Program-made: the position numbers and the translations under genes
Part shown: one piece after another, positions 24,223 to 36,544 of the stretch
Layout of the letters: the number at the start of each line of letters is the position of its first letter
Position numbering within the stretch: position 1 is the stretch's first letter
Source: Fonticula alba ATCC 38817
Lineage: Eukaryota > Protista > Nucleariida
Reading direction: 5' to 3' (one strand)
DNA: 64,000 nt
Assembly: GCA_000388065.2 (NCBI GenBank)
Contig: KB932204.1
The notes under the pieces: model-generated
What the model was told of the DNA's origin: nothing
The model's input: the letters and a program-made list of their open reading frames with translations, nothing else
Database searches by the model: none

Positions 24223-27200
24223 GCAACAGCAACAGCAACAGCGGTGGGGCCGGGGCGCGCATGCTGGCCGACCCGGGCCCCGCATCGGACTTCGAATCTC
24301 CCATTCCCGATGGCGAGGCCCCTCCGGCCGTGGAATCCTTTGTCGATGGCCAGGCCGGCTGGGCGCCGCCCTTGACCCCGATCGACCGGCATTCACGGAT
24401 GAATTTCAGCACCTGGACGCGCGCGCTCGGCCGCTGGACCGGCATCACCCCGGCCCCGGCATCCCCTCGTCGGATGGAGCCCTTCCGCATCGCGGAGTAC
24501 ATTCCGCCCGACTCGCAGCAGCAGCAGAACCTCTGCATCGAGGACGCCCGCCAGTGCCGGGAGCTCCTCTGTCCCCCGTCCATGACCGGCAGCATCCTGC
24601 TGGTGGATGCCAAGCGCGAACGGGCCATGGGCCTCGGCCGTGGCTGGACCAACACCCTGGAGCGCGGCACGTGTGTCATCCACCGTGAGGTGGCTCGAAC
24701 GGTCGGCCTGCAAGCCGGCGACCATCTGCTGGTCACTTTCCATGTGGACTCCAAGGCTACCCTCCTGCCCTACTTCCATGCCATTGGCCTGAACATCACC
24801 GAAACCGATGAGGAATCTGGCAGCCTGGCCATGCCGTTGAACACCGTGACCGTGTCCCTGCCTTTGCGCGTGTCCGAGGTGGTTTCCTCATCGAAGGGCA
24901 AGTGGCCTTCCCGCAATCGAGACGGTGCGTGGCGCCCATCTTCCGGTCCCCTGCTGCCTACTCTGCTTTCCTCCGGGCCCCCTCCCCCCCCCCCCCCGGG
25001 AATCTGCCCTCGGTCTTTCACTGGCTGTCTAATCCTCCCCCCTCCCCCGTCCTCTTGGCCCCCATCCTGTCCATCTGTTCCCTCCCCCCCCCTCCCTCCT
25101 CCCCCCTCCTCGCCTCCCCCTCGACCGACCCTCCACGCCTGTCCCCCCTTGCGGACCACCTCGCTTCAGTCATCATCATGGACATCCACAACTTCCTGCC
25201 ACTGGCCAGCAGCGGCATTGAGCCGGATGCCAAGTTCACCGAGCAAGTCCTGGCGGACCTGGCCGCGTTGGACCCACTGGTCGCCGTGGACAGCGTTCTC
25301 TTTGCCATTCCCCCGGTTGGGGAGGAGTCGCTGCGACTGAGCCAGCTCGAGGGGTACTACGATCCGGCTTTGGGGCAAACGTCGCCGGCGCTGCTCGACC
25401 GGCCCGGGCTCCAACGGCACGAGGCCTACATTCGGTCGAACTTCGACACCTCGGCGCGCGAAGTGACGCGCTGGGCCTCGCGCATTGCCACGCGCTTGGG
25501 TCTGACGCAATTTGAAAACCAATTGCCGGTGCTCGTGGAGTACGAGGAGACGGCCTACGCCACGGCCTTCCTGAGTCTGGCCCTGAACATCATCATCATC
25601 CTCCTGGCGGCCGTGAGCGCGCTGCTGGTGGATGCGTTGTTGATTGCCGCGGCCGAGGCGCGGGCCTCCGACTGGGCCAAACTCCGGGTGTTGGGGTTGC
25701 GGCGGACGCCGCATGTGGCGGCCCTGGTGCTGATCCACGCCCTCGGGGCGGTGGGCATCCCGGCCACCGTGATCGGTCTCTGCCTGGCGCAGGCTCTCCA
25801 TTCGGGGGTTGTGCGCTCGGTGCTCGGGTCCTTCGTGCCCGGGGTGACCATTGTCCGGGGGCTGACCCCGGTGGCGGTGGGAGTGGGCCTCGGGGTGGGC
25901 CTCGGGGTGCCGCTCATTGTGGCCATTCTCCCCGGCGGCCCGGTAGCCACGGCGAATGCTCCACGCCTGCACGACGCGCTGTATGCCTCCAGCCGGCCTC
26001 AAACCCAGGCCGTGGAGATCACCGTGTCCCGGTCCAACCCGGATCGCGCGCGCTCGGCACTCCTGATCACCGGCGCCCTTTTGGGCGGCTTCGGCGCCCT
26101 GGTGTACTATGCCCTGCCGTTGGCACTGATCTCGGGCAACTTGGGCCTTCTGTTTGACATTTTCTTCATCATCCTAGCCGGCCTGATCCTCGGGTGTGTG
26201 CTTATTGCCCTGAATGCCCAGCCGCTCGTCGAGCGGGGCCTGGTCTCGGCCATGCTCTTTGTGGCCCGGTTCATCGGCGAGTCGGCGGCCACGGCGGGGC
26301 TGGTCCGGTCAAACTTGATTTCCCACCGCAAGCGGTATGCCCCCTCTTCCCTCCCTCCCTCCCCTTCCCAGCAACTGGCCGCCCCGCTTCGGGGCTGTCT
26401 CATTTTGGCCCTCTGTTCCCCTCCCCCCCCCCTCCCCCCGCCTCGGTTGCGGCCGCTCGCCCGTCACACCTTCACTGACCCTCGGCCCTCCGTCTGGCCT
26501 TTCAGCAATCGCAAGTCCGCGTTGATCTACGCCACGTCGCTGTCGTTCGTGGTCTTCCTGGCGGTCGCCGCCGACATCGAGCTCCGGTCCATGGAGTATG
26601 AGACCATTCGTTGGTTTGGTTCGGATATTCGAATTGACTCGCGCAACATCGATCGCGGTGGCCCGACTTCCGGGATCCGCGAAGTGGAGTACGTGGCCTG
26701 CCTCCCGGCCACCATGTCTCCGGCCTTCTCGTCTGTGCCCTTTTCGATGTCTTCCTCCGGGCAATCCCACTGACAGACCCCGCGACCATGGTGCATGTAC
26801 CTGCACAGGAAAATTGAGGCCTGGTGCCATGACAACCGGGATCTGATCGCCGGATGCGGGTGGATCAGCACCAGCACCTCGAATGCCCTGGTGGATAGCA
26901 GCTGGGAGTCCAACCGGCCGACGCGGCTGCAGACCGTCGGTCGGGCCATTCGCGAGGATCACTACGTGTATGGCGTCACCCCGGACCTGTTCAGTGCCTT
27001 CCCCGGGAACATGTATGTCGAATCGCCCACCACATTGAACATGCGGCGGTCGATGCGCATGGCGACGACGGCTGAGATGGCCGCCGCGGCCGCCCAATGG
27101 GGCGCCGTCAGCTCGACGGCCGAGCAGCAGCGCGCCCTCTCCCAGGCAAAGATGGCCCACACGCCGGAGCTCCTGCTCTCCGGGGCCGGTCGAGGGCGCC

Positions 27201-28702
27201 TGGTCATGGGGTCCTACGCCCGGCAGGCTTATGGCCTGGAGCCGACGGCCATCCGAGCGGTCGAGCATGTGGCCCGCATCTGGGACACGATCCCGATCTC
27301 GCGGAACTCCTCGGCCATTCTGGTGGACGAGACCGACGGCCCGTATAAGCCGGCTCGGCGCCAGCTGTCCATCTTCCATCGTGTGCGCCCGATGGTGGGC
27401 GTCTTGACCAGGTGCGCGGTTTCATCATCCTCATTTCGGTGTATCTGGTCTTTCCAACGTTGTCCCTCTGCTGGCTCTTCCGCCACCTTCCCGGCCAATC
27501 GATCTCCTCCTGACACCCGGTCCCCTGGCCCGGCCCCCTCCAAAAGCCCCATGTTCACGGGGATGTCCAGCTCGACCGATGGGTATCGGCATTCGGTGAC
27601 CTCGCTGCCGAACCAGCTGCGTTTGCTTTCCGGCTCCATCCGATCGGTATCACAGACGTGGGGCGAGTGGGATGAGGCTTTCGTCCAAGGCCCCTCGGCC
27701 TTCGGCCTGCCGCATCGGCTAGACTGGAGCGAGCGCGTTTACGAAACGGTGTCCGACTTGCCTCTGCGTACTTTCCTGGCGAAACTCCGGCCCAGTATGT
27801 GTCCCCGTTTGATGCATTTCCCCCCTGTCTCCAAGCATCGCCCCCCCCCCCCGGTTCCTGACCGACCATGCCATTGCTTTCCCCCCTCGCCGGCCGCCTT
27901 CCGCCGGGAATGTGCCTCGGTGCTCAGACGTCACGGAGGCCCAGCTGGAGTACCTGATTGCCGCGGCTCCGACGGACTCGCAGCATGTCGTGCGCGATGT
28001 GCGCGATGAGATCCCGAGCCTGGCTGGGAATGCCCCGCTCTTGACGTTCCTCTTCCAAGGTGTTACCATCATCGTGCTGGTGGTGGCCTTCTTTGCCCTG
28101 TACACGGCCATGGCGGCCAATGTGGCCACCCAGCGGTCGTTCCTCTTCCAAGGTGTTACCATCATCGTGCTGGTGGTGGCCTTCTTTGCCCTGTACACGG
28201 CCATGGCGGCCAATGTGGCCACCCAGCGGTCGGAGATCGGTGCCATGCGGGCCATCGGCGCCGGGCGGTGGTTTGTCTGGCGCGTGTATGCCTATGAGGC
28301 CTTTGTGCTGGTGGTGGCGTCGGCCATCCTCGGCTCGATCGTCGGGCTGCTGATCGGCTGGTCGATCAGCGCCCAGCGGGCTCTCCTGACAGGCATCCCG
28401 CTGGCTTTCCTCTTCCCCTGGTTGTCTGGCGCGTGTATGCCTATGAGGCCTTTGTGCTGGTGGTGGCGTCGGCCATCCTCGGCTCGATCGTCGGGCTGCT
28501 GATCGGCTGGTCGATCAGCGCCCAGCGGGCTCTCCTGACAGGCATCCCGCTGGCTTTCCTCTTCCCCTGGACGCTGGTCCTGACCGTGGGAGCGGGGGCG
28601 GCCCTGTCGGCCCTGCTGGCCACCGCGGTTCCGGTGGCGCATCTGGTTGCTGGTGGCAATGGCACCGTCGTGCGCATCATGCGTGGCGGAACGTCCGACT
28701 GA
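23397..28702 (+). CDS. FtsX/MacB-like (ABC3, DUF214) multi-pass permease without nucleotide-binding domain; exons 23397-24924, 25170-26334, 26506-26688, 26809-27411, 27547-27794, 27928-28702
   Basis: TM segments with permease motifs RNPGSAFLALLAVTIAV, ALNIIIILLAAVSALL..DWAKLRVLGL, HRKRNRKSALIYATSLSFVVFL, SEIGAMRAIGAGRWFVWRVYAYEAF. No Walker A/B or LSGGQ found. The last exon is disrupted by duplications. Confidence 0.85.
28046..28231 (+). repeat. Exact 93-bp tandem duplication (31 codons, in frame) in permease last exon
   Basis: FLFQGVTIIVLVVAFFALYTAMAANVATQRS occurs twice with identical DNA. Confidence 0.95.
28273..28570 (+). repeat. Exact 149-bp tandem duplication causing an apparent frameshift; probable artefact
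   Basis: 28273-28421 equals 28422-28570; removing one copy restores the ORF to the stop at 28702. Confidence 0.93.
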
Positions 28703-29620
28703 GTGTGCACGCGCGCCGTGCGGGCGACCCCCACCGAAAAAGGTGCCGAGCGGGAGGAAGCAAGCCAACTCGAACAATGGCGCCGCGCCCCCTCTGCCTT
28801 GGTGTTCTCTCTCCCTCTCTCTCTCCCTCTCTCTCCCTCTCGTAGACATCCCCTCTTGTAGCAGTCTCCCTGATAGCCTGCTTCCTTCCTCCCCTCCCTC
28901 CTGTCCCCCTGAAAGCCGCCGGCTCCGAGTTAAGGCCGGTCGGTTAATACACGTGATGGGGCTCCTGAAATGGCGTCTCTCCATTACCCTGTGCGGGGCC
29001 GTGCCCGCGGTCGACTCTGCTCGCGGGGCCTTTCGGCGTGAGGGGGGGCCCGGGCGGCCAGTCATATGGGCGTGGTGGATAGCCGCAGCCGGCTTCCCGC
29101 CCCCCCCCCCCCCCCCCCGGCGAGCGTGTGGGGAGAATCCCCGGCTCCGGCTCTGTGTGGAAGTGGTCCTGCGTCCGGGTGGCCGGGGACGGTGGGGAAT
29201 GTGCTTGGACCGGGGCGTGGCGGTGTGTCTGGGGCGGCAGGGACCTAAAGAATCGCTGGCTGTGGCAGGCTTTTTTTTTCCCGCCCGCCCCCCCCCCCCT
29301 CGCCCCCACCCCCTTGGAGGGGGCATGTTCATTTCTTGACATATTGAGTACTGACAATGTTTCTCTTTTCCGAACGCCCGTCTGGGAGCCGCGGATGGGA
29401 GAGGAGTGTGGCTGAGGGATGGCCCGGTGTCGGAGCGGAGGATGTCGAATGCAAAGGGAGGGTGGGCTTGGGAGAGCAGCCAAGGGGGAGGGACATGGTG
29501 GTCGGGCGAGAGGACGGCCTCAAGGTGCTGCAAGGTGTGGGCTGCCCGCCCAGGACGAAAGAGAGCGTCGGGTGCCTGTGCGCGCGTGGCGGCCCGGGGA
29601 TTCAGACCGGGGTCTTGGTT

Positions 29621-29668
29621 TCGGGCTCGGGCTTGGGCTCGGGTTCGGGCTCGGGCTCGGGCTCGGGC
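29621..29668 (+). repeat. (TCGGGC)8 degenerate hexamer array, G-quadruplex-compatible
   Basis: Eight GGG tracts spaced by 3 nt in intergenic DNA. Confidence 0.85.
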
Positions 29669-32016
29669 TCTTGGGCAGGGGGATCGCCCACGGCCCAGGG
29701 ACCGAGTGCCCTCGGTCAGCCGACCCTCGGGATGGAACAGAGGGATTTCTGTTCCACGTACCATATGCCTGGGGGGGGAGGGGGGCGAAGGGGGATTGCG
29801 AGGGGCCCCCGATGGCACGGTGGGGTGCCGCGCAGTGGCTCGTCGGCCCCTTTGCAACTCCGGCCCACCGACCGCCGCCGGACCGGGGATTGTTTGGGGA
29901 GGCCGGGGGGGGGGGGCGGGGGCGGGGCAGCGGGAGCACAGGGGGCCACCGCCCGTGTGGCGGGCTGTCCTGCCTTCTTGTCGCGCGCGCGCGCGCGTGC
30001 TCGCCTCATCCTCCCGCTGAGACCCTTCTCGCGCATGTGGCGGCACATGTGCGCGCGCGGGAGCGGCCCCCGCGGTAGCGGACTGCCTCGGCGTTTTCAC
30101 AGGGGGTCGGGCCTCGCCGGCAGGAGCCGTCGGGCAATCGGACGAAGGGCACCCCGGAAGGGGGGCAGCCTGGCTGCACGAGAGCGGCTCCGGAGAGTGA
30201 GGGCCGAAGCCGGCTGCGAGCCAGCTCAGCGGGAGGCCCCATGCGCCAGGGGCCATCGTCGGTCGTCAAGACGCCAGGTGCTCAAGGCGCTTGCTGCTGG
30301 AGGGGGTCCCCTTCGCGGCTGGTACATAGCAAGCGCGGCCTGGGTTGGTGCCCGAAGGCCCGGGGAGGGCGGGGCGCGGGGAGGAGAGAGGACGAGTGTG
30401 GCTGTCGCGCGCCCTTTCAAGCGATATTTCCTGGGACTCGGCTCCGCCCGGGCTGTGCCTTTCGGCCTTGCGATGCGGTAGACGGACGCAACCCATCCTT
30501 GGCCAGGTGGCGCTGGGTCCCCTTGGCCCCGGGGACGCGCCAGCCGGCCGAGCATGTCCCCCGTGCGCGCACGCGTCTCCTCCTCCGCCAGGCCGGATCT
30601 TTGCCCGGGCCCCGGAGAGCGAGGGGCTCCGGGCGGTGCGGACAAACACCCCCCCCCCCCCGCTGGGCGCCGGTTACAATAATCCAGGTACAATGTTCGC
30701 CTGGTTCTCCCGGCTTGCATTTGACGCGGGCCACAAGGCGGGCCCAGGCATGGGCGGTCCCCGGTACCGCACGCGCCCCGGCGGCTGTTGCCGCGGCCCG
30801 GCTGGCCATCCTTCTTTTGTGCGCCTCAGATTTTGGGAACTCATCTCCGGGGGCTGGGTGCGGCCCGGGGGTCTCAAGACTCGGCGGGCGCCGGGGAACC
30901 GTGGGGTCCTCGCTCCTGGCCGGCGCGCCCCCGCCCCCTCCTCCCGGGACCCGACCGCATGCCCAGCGATGACTGGTCCCCCGGGCCTTTGTTTGAGCGG
31001 GCCCCTGGCCCGGCGCGCGCCTAGCCCGCCTCCGGGGGTGTACGGGAGTGCGGGCAGCCACCCCGTCGCCCCGGGGGGAGGGGGGTGGCTGCCCATCCTG
31101 CATACCTTTTCCACGACAACGGCGGTCGCCCTAGCTGGCGGCAGACGCGCCCCCGGGTTCGGGGTTCTCTTCCGCTCGTGTGCATCCCCGCCCTCGCTCA
31201 TGCTGAGCCTGCTCCCTGGTGGGACAAATATTGCCGATGTCCCCCTGCCTCGGTGCCCTGGTTCCGGGTGGAGATCTCCCCCGGGCCCCCTTAGCACCCA
31301 TCATCTGTGCGGAATATACCGCGGTCGCGCGCACGCGCGCACGCGCCAGTCCCAATGCACCGTGCTCTTTTTTCTTCGGCACCCAGCAAGTAAGGTGGCC
31401 CCCCCCCCCCCCTGCGCCTGTGCCTGCCCCTCCCCCTCCGGCGGCACCGGGCCCCGCGTCGGGCCCATCCAACTTCAAGGAAAGGGGGGCCGGAGGCATG
31501 CTCGCCCATCTAGCGTACGTGCGCGCGCCACCTCGCCCCCCTGCTGTTGCCGGGGGCCGGGGAGGACGCCCTGGGCCTTTGCCCACATCCGCCAACACAC
31601 ATGCAAACAGACGCGCCCAAGCACACATCCATATCCGCATGCACCCGTTCGATCGCACAGCCCGGCCCCCCCCCCCCCCCCCAATGTGTGGCGATGGGGT
31701 GTATTTTTCCCGCCATCTCACCGGGCCTGACTCCCCGGCAGACGGCACTCCCCTTCTCACTCCAGCCGGAGATCTCCCCGCGCGTCGCCCCCCCCCCCCT
31801 CCCCCTCTCCCTGCCTCCCCCTCTCCCTGCCTCCCCCTCTCCCTGCCTCCTACCGCCGCGTGTGTGTGTGTGTGTGTGTGACCGGGGGCCCCCGTACTCT
31901 CCCACCGCCTCGCGGAGCTCAGCCCGACATCCTCCCCCTCTGCGCGCGCCCTCCTCCGCATCCCTCCTCCCTTGTCGGATACCTCTTCCGGCGAGAGAGG
32001 AACAGGAGCCCGCCCG

Positions 32017-32596
32017 ATGAGTGCCGCGCGCCGGCCGCGCGCCCGAGGGGTGCCCTCTCTGTCCGCCACGGCGTCAGCGGCCATCATACTTTGGCTGATG
32101 GCCGCCGCGGTCGGCGCGGCAAATGTCCACCCGCCGGCAGAGGCTGCCATGGCCTTGCCGATGACCCACTCAGTTTCGGGGGTCTCCCCTTCCGCGAGCG
32201 ACTCATCCGCGATCGTGATCCCCGACACGTCTTCCCCGCTGGAGATCTTGGTCATCGCGATTTTCATGGGGACGCTCCTTTTCGACATTTGCTGCCTGGC
32301 GTTTGTCTTGGCCACCGGCGGCCGTCGATGGCCGCCACTGCGCGTGCGCCAGCTCGACGCCGTCGCCGTTACCCTGGTTGGTGCGCACCCCCACTTGGGA
32401 AGAACCTCAAGCTGGCCGGCGAGGCGGCCGCCCTTGCCTCGGCTACCATCCATGCTCCAACGCCGCTGACCCCATGGCCCTGGCCTCCTTTCAGGTGTTA
32501 CCTTTACAGGTTTCGGAGTTCTGTCCATCAACCGGTTTTTTCCTTACTTCGGCCCTTGGCAATGCAACCTCAGCTGTGCGTCCTGTGCCATCCCAG

Positions 32597-32632
<36 letters not shown>

Positions 32633-32826
32633 GGGCTTTCCTGCACCAACTGACCCGGGACATTGTCCTTCCCCATCCTCCTCCTGCTCCTGACTCCTCC
32701 CCGCGACCAGGGTGGATGATGATGTCCCTCGGCCAGGGGCCCATCCTCTCGGGGTATTTTCTCCGGATGTGGCGCGTGCGTACAACACTTCTCTCCCTCC
32801 CCCTCCCTCTCCCTCTCCCTCTCCCT

Positions 32827-32868
<42 letters not shown>

Positions 32869-35337
32869 AAATGCTCGCCTTCCCACTCAAGCTGACCAGG
32901 ACCCTTCCGGCCCGCTTGATGCTCACGCGGCTCACATGCACACACTCGAACATGTCGCCATCCCATTCGGGTGTACACATGCGCACCGCACGAACATATG
33001 CCTACCCCTGTCCGGGCACCCACCTTCAGCTTGTTGTCATTTTCAAGCGTCAGATCCGGAGTCGATACATGATTGTCATTCCGATGGTGCTTTTCTGGCT
33101 TCCCTCGGTCGTGGTGTCCTCGATCAACACGGCCCTCGATCTCAACTCGCCGACGATCATCGTGCGTCCTGCTTGCTCCCGGCTCTCGGTGGACGCCCAC
33201 CGCCTGTTCGGCACATCTGACCCCCACCCATGCATGAATACGCGCCATATATTCGAATGTAGGACGGCGTCCTGGCCTGTCACCAGCAAAACTCCCCCTA
33301 TATCACTTTCCCCTCGACGGTCATCTTTCTGGTGCACTTTGTTGTCCTCCTTGTACGAGATACCCGCCCCCCCCCCCCCCCCCGCTCCCCGTGCAGTATT
33401 CTCACCCGCTCTCGGTCCCCTTTGTGAGCACACTCAGTCCCTTATCCTGTCAATCCGGCGATTTGTCTCGCCGCCCCAGTCGTCACAGGCCACCCCCCAT
33501 CGCCGCCTGCTGCGTATGGAATACCGCCGGTCGCTGATGCACGTCCTCTTGAGCGCCCTCTCGCAAGCTCTCTTCATGGTGTTCTGGTTTTTAGGGGCGC
33601 CGTACACCTGGGGCTTGCTTGGCCGGCTTCTGATGGTCACCATGCCCTTCCTCTTTTCACAAACCATCTTTTGGACGACCGTCGGCACCCCTCTGTTTGC
33701 TTAGTACGTGCTGCCGCTCCCCTCTTATGCAGCCACCGCTCTTCTCTCTCTCTCTCTCTCTTTCTCTCCCTCTCCTTTACTCCTCCTCTTGCATGTGCGC
33801 TCTCTGACACAATGAACAGCATCTTCAACCGCGAGGCCTATCTGAAGGCCTTTCTCGAGACGCTGAAAATCGGCAGCTCAGCCGGCTCGGTGCCTGATGA
33901 CGCCACCGACTTGCCCGCCTCTCGGCTGTACTTTTGTTGCTGCTTTGCCTTCGCCCGACGCCGCGGGCCTGGCTCGGCCCAAGGCGCTGACGACCGGAAT
34001 GCCGGGGGCATTTCCAAGGCTCGGCGAACTTCCCTCTCGGCCATCTGGGAGACTCCAAACGAGGAGTCCCTCGGGACCTTTTCCCCCCACACCACCGGCA
34101 CCCTGTCTCCGGGGAACTTGTGCCGAAGCCCTCCCTCACAAGTCCTCTACGGATCGCAGGACTTCGCTCGGGCAGATCTCGATCCGCAGGTCATCCAGGG
34201 TACGTGCCCCATGTGTCGGGCCTGCCGCGCTCTGCCTTTGTCTGAGGCGGGTCTTTTTTTTTTTCTTCCACCCCTTCCGATTATGGGACTGTTTTTCCCT
34301 TCCTCCCCCCCCTTCCCGGTTGCCATGCCCAAGTACATCCCCTTTCCGTTTTTGCTTCCTCCCTCCATATACTCACCTCCGCCTGTGCCCTCCCCTGATC
34401 AGCCCTTGCCATCAATGGCGATCCGATCTTTCACCGGCGGATGCGCCTGCTGCTGGCGGACCCCGAAGTGGTGTTCGGCAATCCACCAGCTGACCACCCT
34501 CAGGAAGGGGACTTGGTCACCTCCCTCAGTGGGACATCCCTTTCCGGCGACTCGCGGGTCAGCTCCCCAGACCATTCGCCACTTGCCTGTCCAAATTGCT
34601 TCGGCATTGGCATGGCCTCCGGGTTGTGTGGCGTCTGCGGGCTTTGCGGCATTTGCGGGGCATATTGCAACGCCTCCGACCGGTGCCTGGCCGTGGCCAG
34701 CTCCAAGCATTTGATGCTCCTTGCCTATGGCGCCGAGGCGCTGATGGACACCGAGTGCGCATCCCCTGGAGTTGCAGGTGTGGTCGAGCAGCCGGGCGCC
34801 GTGGGGAAGGCCCCAAACCCACCGGCCGCGGATTCCCTTGAGGGGGGATCCGCCACAGTCACCCCAATCCCGGCTCGACTCGGCCCTATGGCCTCGGCTG
34901 TCAACCAGGCCCCGGCCACGACCATGCCCAGCAACTCCGACTGCTGCAGTGCCGGTGGTGGTTACAAGAGCAACTGCCACGGCAGCCACAAGGACAGCCA
35001 CGGCAACCACAGCGACAGACACAATCACACGGGGACACAGGTCGTCACCAGGGTCTCCCCCGCCCCTCCTCCGACAGCGACCTTCCCCCTGGCCGCCACG
35101 TCTGCAACCACCACCAAGCCGAGCATCCATTCGATAACCGGCTCGATGGAGTTGTCGCCTCTTTCCTCCCCCTCACATCCCCCTGGCTCGCCGATTCAAG
35201 AGGAAGCCATCATCCTCTCCTCCGGGCACGATACTCCTCCCTCGGGACCGATGCCACATCCTGGTCGTAACATCCATGCCAATGACGGCGGCCGACCCGC
35301 CTCCCCCGATGATGGAAGCCTTGAGTCAACAGTGTGA
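32017..35337 (+). CDS. Signal peptide + 7TM receptor-like protein with probable degenerate RGS domain and Cys-rich cytoplasmic insert; ~8 exons (32017-32380, 32495-32575, 32711-~32775, ~33030-33160, ~33262-33352, ~33398-33703 possibly split, 33820-34199, 34403-35337)
   Basis: Manual splicing gives seven hydrophobic helices, PLRVRQLDAVAVTLVG at ICL1/TM2, CNLSWW..YFLRMWRLVVIF (TM3), an ECL2 Cys (DGVLAC) and FWTTVGTPLF (TM7). This layout resembles 7TM-RGS/GprK-type receptors. Some internal junctions are approximate. Confidence 0.75.
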
Positions 35338-36446
35338 CCACACGGCCGCCATCTGACGGTGGGGGGGGGGGGGGGGNNNNNNNNNNNNNNNNNNNNNNNN
35401 NNNNNNNNNNNNNNNNNNNNNNNNNNNNNNNNNNNNNNNNNNNNNNCTCCTTGCCTTGGACAAACGCCTTTTCCTGAATTCTCTCCCGCCCCCCACTCTC
35501 TCCGGCCCCCTCCCAGAAGGAGGAGACGGGGGGAGGGGGGGGGGAGAGAGAGAACCCCACACGCGTCAAAGTGCGTGTGCTCTCGATCACGCGCTCAACT
35601 CGCGAATTGTATAATAGATCATGTGCACGTCATGTGCACCATGGGGCCAAGGCCCCTCTTCCCGATAACTAGGGTTTCGCCGGCTGGCGGGTTATGTATC
35701 ATCTTTATTCTGCCCACGATCATTTTCCCGAGGCCCCAGTACTCGATCAGACATTCGTGCCGCGCGCATGGGCACGCGAAGGGTGTGTGGAGCTTGTCCC
35801 CGGCTGGGGCTCTTTGGTGCGCGAGGGGGAGGGGGGAGGCGGGCACCGATTGGGGGCCGATCCGCGGTGCAGCGGGGATTGCGCCGCGCGGCTGCCTGCA
35901 CGGGCACGAGGCACCGAGCTCCGGGCCATTCCTCCAACTCCAGGCCGCGGAGGGAGCTTGCGTGGTGCACCCTTTTGCACGTGCATCGGTACTCCGTGCT
36001 TGGGTGCGCTGCTTTGAAAAAGGCGACGCGCCGAGCCGTTCAAAAATCCCCCAGCTGAATGGGACGCTCCTGGCCTCCATCTGCCTGGTGAACCCGGATC
36101 CCAGGGGGGTCGGAGAAATCCATATAGTGAGAGATGCTGAGGGAGAGATACACAGGGGTGAAGCTGGGAGCATGCCACCGGGAGAGGCAGGGCGGGGCCA
36201 AACGAGAGAAAGAGAGAGAGGGAGAGAGAGAGAGAGGGGGGGGGGGGATGGGGTACTTGTGCCCGCACGAGCTGGAGACGATCTGTCGAGGCCATCAATG
36301 CGCCCTCCCGCCCTCCCGCTCCCCTTCTTGGCCTTTAATCGCACATCGGCAGGCCTACGCGCCACCGCCCTCGCCCTCCTCCCATCCTCCCCCAACCGGC
36401 GTAAGTCTCACCTTCTCAGCCTTCATCCCTGCCCGGGATCTGCCTT

Positions 36447-36494
36447 CTGACCTTGCCTCCTTGCCTCCTGACCTTGCCTCCTTGCCTCCTGACC
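36447..36494 (+). repeat. 21-bp tandem repeat (CTGACCTTGCCTCCTTGCCTC x2.3) upstream of DAO
   Basis: Directly visible. Confidence 0.8.
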
Positions 36495-36544
36495 TGCTGT
36501 CCTTCCTCTTGGGTTCCGGTCTCCGGGTGACAGGCCCGCTCCAC

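Noticed and set aside
28273-28570. Possible programmed frameshift or pseudogenisation of the permease
   Set aside because: Fully explained by an exact 149-bp duplication of the same size as the adapter-linked artefacts.
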